DNA from: a virus
Taxonomy: Duplodnaviria; Heunggongvirae; Uroviricota; Caudoviricetes
Virus record (IMG/VR): IMGVR_UViG_2706794678_000007
DNA: 30,068 nucleotides
Strand: one strand, 5' to 3'
Positions 24,541-30,068 of the stretch are shown piece by piece (position 1 is the first letter of the stretch; the number at the start of each line of letters is the position of its first letter). The notes under the pieces are model-generated. The model worked only from the letters and a program-made list of their open reading frames with translations. It was not told the origin of the DNA and did no database searches. The position numbers and the translations under genes were made by a program.

Positions 24541-27500
24541 ATGGCAGAGCAAACCTCGCGTCTCGCAATAATTATTGATAGCACTGGAGCGAAAAATAAT
24601 GCTGACAATCTGACCTCCTCATTAGTCAAAATGACGCAGGCTGGGGAAACTGCTGCAAATAGCGCAGGGAAAGTGACTAAGGCAACAGAAGATGAGAAGA
24701 ACGCGCTCGCAAAATTAAAAGCAGCTATTGATCCAGTTGGTGCCGCAATTGATACTGTCGGTCGACGCTATTCTGAATTAAAGAAATTTTTCGATAAAGG
24801 GCTTATTGATAAAGAAGAATATGAATTTCTTGTCCGTAAACTTAATGAAACCACAGAGGAATTGAGCGGGGTTGCGCAAGCGCAGAGAGAAGCCGAGAAG
24901 GCCGGAAAACTTGCTGCCGCCCAGCAGGAAGCGCAGGCTCAGGCCTTTCAAAGAATGCTGGACAAGATCGACCCTCTGGCTGCGGCGCTAAGAAATCTTG
25001 AACAACAGCATGATGAACTTAATGCTGCGTTTGCATCCGGGAAAATAAATGGTTCTCAGTTTGAGAATTATAGCCGAAAAATACAGGAAACACGGCGAGA
25101 GCTTACCGGAGAGGCTCAGGCAGAGCGAGAAGCAGCAAAAGCGCATGATGAACAGGTTGTTGCTTTGCAACGTCTGATTGCTCAACTTGATCCTGTCGGA
25201 ACTGCTTTTAATCGTCTGGTAGAACAACAGAAACAGCTCAATGAAGCAAAAGCTAAGGGGATGCTTTCTCCTGAAATGTATGAGGAGCTTTCTGGAAAAC
25301 TTCGTGCTATGCGGAGTGAGCTTGAGGTTACTCAATCACAATTAAGCAAAACCGGAATGTCGGCAAAACAAACGGCTTTTGCTATGCGCATGTTGCCTGT
25401 ACAAATGACGGATATTGTTGTTGGGTTGTCCACTGGTCAGTCGCCATTTATGGTGTTAATGCAGCAGGGCGGCCAGCTAAAAGATATGTTCGGTGGGATT
25501 GGCCCGGCGATCAAAGGTGTAGGTTCTTATGTGCTGGGATTAATTAATCCTTTTACCCTGGCCGCAGCAGCCGTTGGGGTCTTAGGACTGGCTTACTATA
25601 AAGGCTCTCAGGAGCAGGACGAATTTAATAAATCTCTTATTCTTACCGGAAATCAGTTGGGGACAACCAGCGGGCAATTGGGCGATATAGCTCAACGTGC
25701 CGGGAATGCGGCTGATTCGACAACTGGTGCTGCGGCGGCAGTATTAAATCAGCTTGTGCGTTCGGGAAAGGTAGCGAGCAGTTCGCTGGAGCAAGTGACG
25801 ACAGCGATAGTAAAAACGAGCGAAGTAACAGGAATATCAACCGAACAACTGGTTAATGACTTCAATGAAATTGCAAAGGATCCTGTCAGTGCCATATCAA
25901 AACTTAATGATCAGTACCATTTTCTGACACTTGCGACTTATAACCAGATTAAGGCGCTACAGGATGAAGGGAACCAGCAGGAGGCCGCCCGCATTGCGAC
26001 AGAAGAATACTCATCCTCAATGATCCAGCGCACCAACCAGATTAAAGAAAATCTTGGTTATCTTGAGACTGCATGGAAAGCTGTCGCAGACTCCGCAAAA
26101 TGGGCATGGGATTCCATGCTGGATATTGGCCGTGAGGCCTCCCTTGATCAAAAAATCTCAGATGTTCTCCGTCAAATTGATGAAATAGAAAAAAATACCC
26201 GACCCGGAGTTTTCGGGTTAGGTGGCATTGGAGATGGCGGAGCTCAAAATAAAAGGCTGGCACGATTAAAGCAGCAATTGGGCGTACTTCAAGCAGAAAA
26301 AATTGCTCAGGACGTACTAAATTCATCAATAAACGATTACAACAAGCGACAACAGGAAGGAATTGAACTCAGACAGAGAGCAGATGCCTTTTCAAAACAA
26401 TATCAGACCCGGGAGCAGCAGAGAGCTAGTGAACTTGCAAAACTGGAAAAGCTAAAGAATCAGTATTCAAAGGAAGAATATAATAATCTTATCGCTCAAA
26501 TAAATGAGCGTTATAAAGATCCAAAGCAACCAAAGGCGAAAGGTTATTCTGATGATGCAGCCCAACGAATGATTGATCATCTGAATCAACAGAATGCGTT
26601 ACTAAGTTCACAAGCTGAGTTGACCGTTAAATTAAGTTCCTCTGAACAGGAACTGGTTAAGTGGCGTCAGCGGATTGCCGACCTAGAGTCACGACCATCA
26701 TCGAAATTAACCCAGGATCAGAAATCGCTTCTCTTACACCGGGAAGAAATAACCACGTTGATGGAGAAAAATGTTGCGATTGAAAAAAATAACAGGCTAA
26801 TCAAGGAATCCGCCGAAATAACAGCATGGCGTGATTCATTGCAGGCTTCGATTGATAATCGTCAGCAGGGGTATGATATTCAGATTGCTGGTTATGGGGT
26901 TGGCGATAAAAATCAGCAACGCCAGCAGGAATTACTGCGGATTGAACATGGATATAACAATCAGCGTCTGCAACTTGAACGTGACTATGCAGATAAATCC
27001 CGTGGAATGTCAGATCATGTTTTTCAAGAGAAAATGCAGGCTCTGAATGATGCTCTGGAACGGGAAAAAGAAATTGTCAGACAGAAAAACGAGCAGCTCG
27101 ATATTCAGGCAGGAGACTGGGTTAGTGGTGCCTCCCAGGGATTCAATAACTGGCTGGATGACACTAAGGATATCAGTGAGCAGATAAAATCAACCACGAC
27201 TCAGATGTTTGATGGGATGACCGATGCGCTGGGTGATTTTGTCACGACAGGCAAGGCAAATTTTCGTTCTTTCGCTACTTCCGTGATTTCGGATCTTAGT
27301 CGAATAGCATTAAAGGCTTCAATTACTGGGATTTTCGACAGCATTAGTAACAGTTCTTCTGGGGGGATTTTAGGAACTATCGGGAGTGCTATTAGTAAAT
27401 TTATTCCGAATGCAAAGGGCGGTGTTTATGAGTCTCCGTCATTGAGCACGTATTCGAACGGTATTTATGATTCCCCGCAATTTTTTGCTTTTGCAAAAGG

Positions 27501-27774
27501 GGCTGGTGTTTTTGGTGAGGCTGGACCGGAAGCCATTATGCCATTAACACGAACTTCCGATGGTTCTCTTGGTGTCAGAGCTATTAATAGTAAAAGTGGT
27601 AATGGAGGCGGAGATATTACCTATGCCCCTGTATACCAAATCACTATTCAAAATGACGGCCAGAATGGAGAGATTGGCCCTCAGGCAATAAAAGCACTTA
27701 TGGGGATGGTTGATCAGCGGGTGCAGGGCAATCTGTTAAATATGCGACGTGATGGGGGAATGTTAAGTGGCTAA
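24541..27774 (+). CDS. tail tape measure protein
   Basis: 1077 aa, long coiled-coil-rich N-terminal half, central hydrophobic segment, position after G/GT; RBS AGGAG. Confidence 0.9.
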   Translation: MAEQTSRLAIIIDSTGAKNNADNLTSSLVKMTQAGETAANSAGKVTKATEDEKNALAKLKAAIDPVGAAIDTVGRRYSELKKFFDKGLIDKEEYEFLVRKLNETTEELSGVAQAQREAEKAGKLAAAQQEAQAQAFQRMLDKIDPLAAALRNLEQQHDELNAAFASGKINGSQFENYSRKIQETRRELTGEAQAEREAAKAHDEQVVALQRLIAQLDPVGTAFNRLVEQQKQLNEAKAKGMLSPEMYEELSGKLRAMRSELEVTQSQLSKTGMSAKQTAFAMRMLPVQMTDIVVGLSTGQSPFMVLMQQGGQLKDMFGGIGPAIKGVGSYVLGLINPFTLAAAAVGVLGLAYYKGSQEQDEFNKSLILTGNQLGTTSGQLGDIAQRAGNAADSTTGAAAAVLNQLVRSGKVASSSLEQVTTAIVKTSEVTGISTEQLVNDFNEIAKDPVSAISKLNDQYHFLTLATYNQIKALQDEGNQQEAARIATEEYSSSMIQRTNQIKENLGYLETAWKAVADSAKWAWDSMLDIGREASLDQKISDVLRQIDEIEKNTRPGVFGLGGIGDGGAQNKRLARLKQQLGVLQAEKIAQDVLNSSINDYNKRQQEGIELRQRADAFSKQYQTREQQRASELAKLEKLKNQYSKEEYNNLIAQINERYKDPKQPKAKGYSDDAAQRMIDHLNQQNALLSSQAELTVKLSSSEQELVKWRQRIADLESRPSSKLTQDQKSLLLHREEITTLMEKNVAIEKNNRLIKESAEITAWRDSLQASIDNRQQGYDIQIAGYGVGDKNQQRQQELLRIEHGYNNQRLQLERDYADKSRGMSDHVFQEKMQALNDALEREKEIVRQKNEQLDIQAGDWVSGASQGFNNWLDDTKDISEQIKSTTTQMFDGMTDALGDFVTTGKANFRSFATSVISDLSRIALKASITGIFDSISNSSSGGILGTIGSAISKFIPNAKGGVYESPSLSTYSNGIYDSPQFFAFAKGAGVFGEAGPEAIMPLTRTSDGSLGVRAINSKSGNGGGDITYAPVYQITIQNDGQNGEIGPQAIKALMGMVDQRVQGNLLNMRRDGGMLSG

Positions 27775-28105
27775 TACGGAAGAATTTCACTGGTTACCAG
27801 AGGATGGAATGAAAACAGAAAATAAACCATCGATAAAAACTGTAAGATTTGGTGATGGTTATGAGCAACGAAGTCCAAATGGACTTAATCATTCTCTGCG
27901 CGTTTTCACCTGTGATTTCAAAGTTGAGGCGAATGAACGTGATTCATTTGAAAAATTTTTAGCCCGGCATGAAGGCTATAAATCTTTTTTTTGGCGCCCG
28001 CCGGGTATTAACAGAAAAATCAGAGTGGTGTGTCGAACGTGGTCAGCGACAGAACATATCACCTATACCGATTTTTCGTGTCAGTTTGACGAAGTGGTGA
28101 TCTGA
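27767..28105 (+). CDS. M: minor tail protein M (lambda gpM-like)
   Basis: …[10 protein letters not shown]…KSFFWRPP… matches the lambda M pattern; overlaps the tape measure stop. Confidence 0.9.
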   Translation: MANTEEFHWLPEDGMKTENKPSIKTVRFGDGYEQRSPNGLNHSLRVFTCDFKVEANERDSFEKFLARHEGYKSFFWRPPGINRKIRVVCRTWSATEHITYTDFSCQFDEVVI

Positions 28106-28690
28106 TGCAGGACATACAACAGGAAACGCTGAATGAATGCATTCGTGCGGAGCAGTCGGCCAGCGTGGTGCTCTGGGAAATCGACCTGACCGAGGTAGGC
28201 GGGGATCGCTACTTTTTCTGCAATGAGCAGAACGAGAAAGGAGAGTCTGTCACCTGGCAGAGTCGGCAGTATCAGGCCTATCCCATTCAGGGGAGTGGAT
28301 TTGAGATGAACGGCAAAGGTGCCAGTGCAAGGCCAACGCTGAAAGTCTCTAATCTGCACGGCATGGTCACCGGGATGGCGGAAGACCTGCAGAGTCTGGT
28401 CGGCGGAACGGTGGTCAGGCGTAAGGTTTACGCCCGTTTTCTGGATGCGGTGAACTTCGTCAACGGAAACAGTGACGCCGATCCGGAGCAGGAGGTGATC
28501 AGCCGCTGGCGTATTGAGCAGTGCAGCGAACTGAGCGCGGTCAGTGCCTCCTTTGTACTGTCCACGCCGACGGAAACGGACGGCGCTGTTTTTCCGGGGC
28601 GCATCATGCTTGCTAATACCTGCACCTGGACCTATCGCGGTGATGAGTGCGGTTATCACGGTCCGGCTGTCGCGGATGAATATGACCAGC
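28105..28690 (+). CDS. L: minor tail protein L (lambda gpL-like), 3' end lost in the assembly gap
   Basis: [33 protein letters not shown]… is near-identical to lambda L as I recall it. The ORF-track end at 28842 is an artefact of N translation. Confidence 0.85.
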
Positions 28691-28820
28691 NNNNNNNNNN
28701 NNNNNNNNNNNNNNNNNNNNNNNNNNNNNNNNNNNNNNNNNNNNNNNNNNNNNNNNNNNNNNNNNNNNNNNNNNNNNNNNNNNNNNNNNNNNNNNNNNNN
28801 NNNNNNNNNNNNNNNNNNNN
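28691..28820. other. assembly gap (130 N)
   Basis: Uninterrupted run of n characters. Confidence 0.99.
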
Positions 28821-29401
28821 TGCAGGCAGAGATGCAGGGTGAGATTGTGGCGCTGGTCCACAGCCACCCCGGTGGTCTGCCCTGGCTGAGTGAGGCCGAC
28901 CGGCGGCTGCAGGTGCAGAGTGATTTGCCGTGGTGGCTGGTCTGCCGGGGGACGATTCATAAGTTCCGCTGTGTGCCGCATCTCACCGGGCGGCGCTTTG
29001 AGCACGGGGTGACGGACTGTTACACGCTGTTCCGGGATGCTTATCATCTGGCGGGGATTGAGATGCCGGATTTTCATCGCGAGGATGACTGGTGGCGTCA
29101 CGGTCAGAATCTCTATCTGGATAATCTGGAGGCCACAGGGTTGTATCAGGTGCCGTTGTCATCAGCACAACCGGGCGATGTGCTGCTGTGCTGTTTTGGT
29201 TCATCGGTGCCGAATCATGCCGCCATTTACTGTGGTGATGGCGAGCTGCTGCACCATATTCCTGAACAACTGAGCAAACGAGAGAGGTATACCGACAAAT
29301 GGCAGCGACGCACACACTCCCTCTGGCGTCACCGGGCATGGCACGCATCTGCCTTTACGGGGATTTGCAGCGATTTGGCCGCCGCATCGACCTTCGTGTG
29401 A
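28821..29401 (+). CDS. K: tail assembly protein K (lambda gpK-like), 5' end lost in the gap
   Basis: …VALVHSHPGGLPWLSEADRR… (JAB/MPN-like H-x-H) and a Cys-containing C-terminal half match lambda K; frame continues to TGA 29399-29401. Confidence 0.85.
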
Positions 29402-29946
29402 AAACGGGGGCCGAAGCCATCCGGGCACTGGCCACACAGCTCCCGGCATTTCGTCAGAAACTGAGCGACGGCTGGTATCAGGTGCGCATTGCCGGGCGTG
29501 ATGCAGGCGAAAATGAATTATCTGCCCGTCTTAATGAACCGCTGGCAAATGGTGCCGTGATCCACATCGTTCCGCGTCTGGCGGGTGCCAAAAGTGGCGG
29601 TGTGTTTCAGGCGGTGCTGGGTGCGGCGCTGATTGCGGTGGCATGGTGGAACCCTGTGGGCTGGCTGGGGGCCGCGGCTGTATCGGGTATGTATGCAGCA
29701 GGGGCCAGTATGATCCTGGGTGGTGTGGCGCAGATGCTGGCACCGAAAGCCAGGACGCCCACGGCAGCCAGTACAGATAACGGCAAACAGAACACGTATT
29801 TCTCGTCACTGGATAACATGGTTGCCCAGGGTAATGTTCTGCCTGTTCTGTACGGGGAAATGCGCGTGGGGTCACGTGTGGTTTCTCAGGAGATCAGCAC
29901 GGCAGACGAAGGGGATGGTGGTCAGGTTGTGGTGATTGGTCGCTGA
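29299..29946 (+). CDS. I: tail assembly protein I (lambda gpI-like)
   Basis: MAATHTLPLASPGMARICLYGDLQRFGRRIDLRV…VVVIGR matches lambda I; overlaps K as in lambda. Confidence 0.9.
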   Translation: MAATHTLPLASPGMARICLYGDLQRFGRRIDLRVKTGAEAIRALATQLPAFRQKLSDGWYQVRIAGRDAGENELSARLNEPLANGAVIHIVPRLAGAKSGGVFQAVLGAALIAVAWWNPVGWLGAAAVSGMYAAGASMILGGVAQMLAPKARTPTAASTDNGKQNTYFSSLDNMVAQGNVLPVLYGEMRVGSRVVSQEISTADEGDGGQVVVIGR

Positions 29947-29964
29947 TGCAAAATGTTTTATGAG

Positions 29965-29988
29965 AAACCGCCTGCGGGCGGTTTTGTC
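29965..29988 (+). terminator. terminator-like hairpin between I and J
   Basis: AAACCGCC-TGCG-GGCGGTTT followed by TGTCGTTT; arms resemble the hairpin at 7157-7185. Confidence 0.4.
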
Positions 29989-30006
29989 GTTTATGGAGCG
30001 TGAGGA

Positions 30007-30068
30007 ATGGGTAAAGGCAGCAGTAAGGGGCATACCCCGCGCGAAGCGAAGGACAACCTGAAGTCCAC
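30007..30068 (+). CDS. J: tail tip/host specificity protein J, 5' fragment (truncated by window end)
   Basis: MGKGSSKGHTPREAKDNLKS… matches the lambda J N-terminus; GAGGAA RBS. Confidence 0.85.
   Translation, partial: MGKGSSKGHTPREAKDNLKS

Noticed and set aside
28691-28842. ORF-track translations running through the N-run (L extended to 28842; 28544-29401 and 28613-29101 ORFs).
   Set aside because: Artefacts of translating N as X; real L and K boundaries are unknown inside the gap.
1-30068. CRISPR arrays, integrase/att sites, IS elements and rRNA genes.
   Set aside because: No regularly spaced direct repeats, no recombinase-like ORF, no terminal inverted repeats and no rRNA-like sequence anywhere in the window.

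Overview
This window reads as one contiguous, nearly all plus-strand stretch of a lambdoid (Rac-like) Escherichia coli prophage. All calls below come from reading the sequence and from remembered family signatures; no database search was run. Left to right: early-region winged-helix-like genes; a low-GC (AT-rich) cargo island (about 1.4-5.2 kb) carrying a two-gene cassette (a protein with a C-terminal HEPN-type RNxxxH motif plus a protein with a GNAT-like C-terminus), a cysteine-rich small ORF, and a minus-strand YeaR-like DUF1971 gene with an NsrR-type operator; nin-region genes (DUF1367, DUF1364/YbcO-like, Q antiterminator) and a tR'-like terminator; two paralogous lipoproteins resembling TolA domain III in the Q-S moron slot; a phage-21-type lysis cassette (pinholin, SAR endolysin, Rz/Rz1); trkG; a ParB-like gene and a putative GT-A-like gene; terminase small and large subunits, portal, MuF-like head protein, scaffold, major capsid, head-tail joining genes, major tail protein, G/GT chaperone with an A_AAA_AAG -1 frameshift site, tape measure, and lambda-like M, L, K, I and the start of J. 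A 130-nt run of N (28691-28820) interrupts L/K. The most interesting candidates for undescribed biology are the HEPN-motif/GNAT-like cassette and the TolA-domain-III lipoprotein pair.
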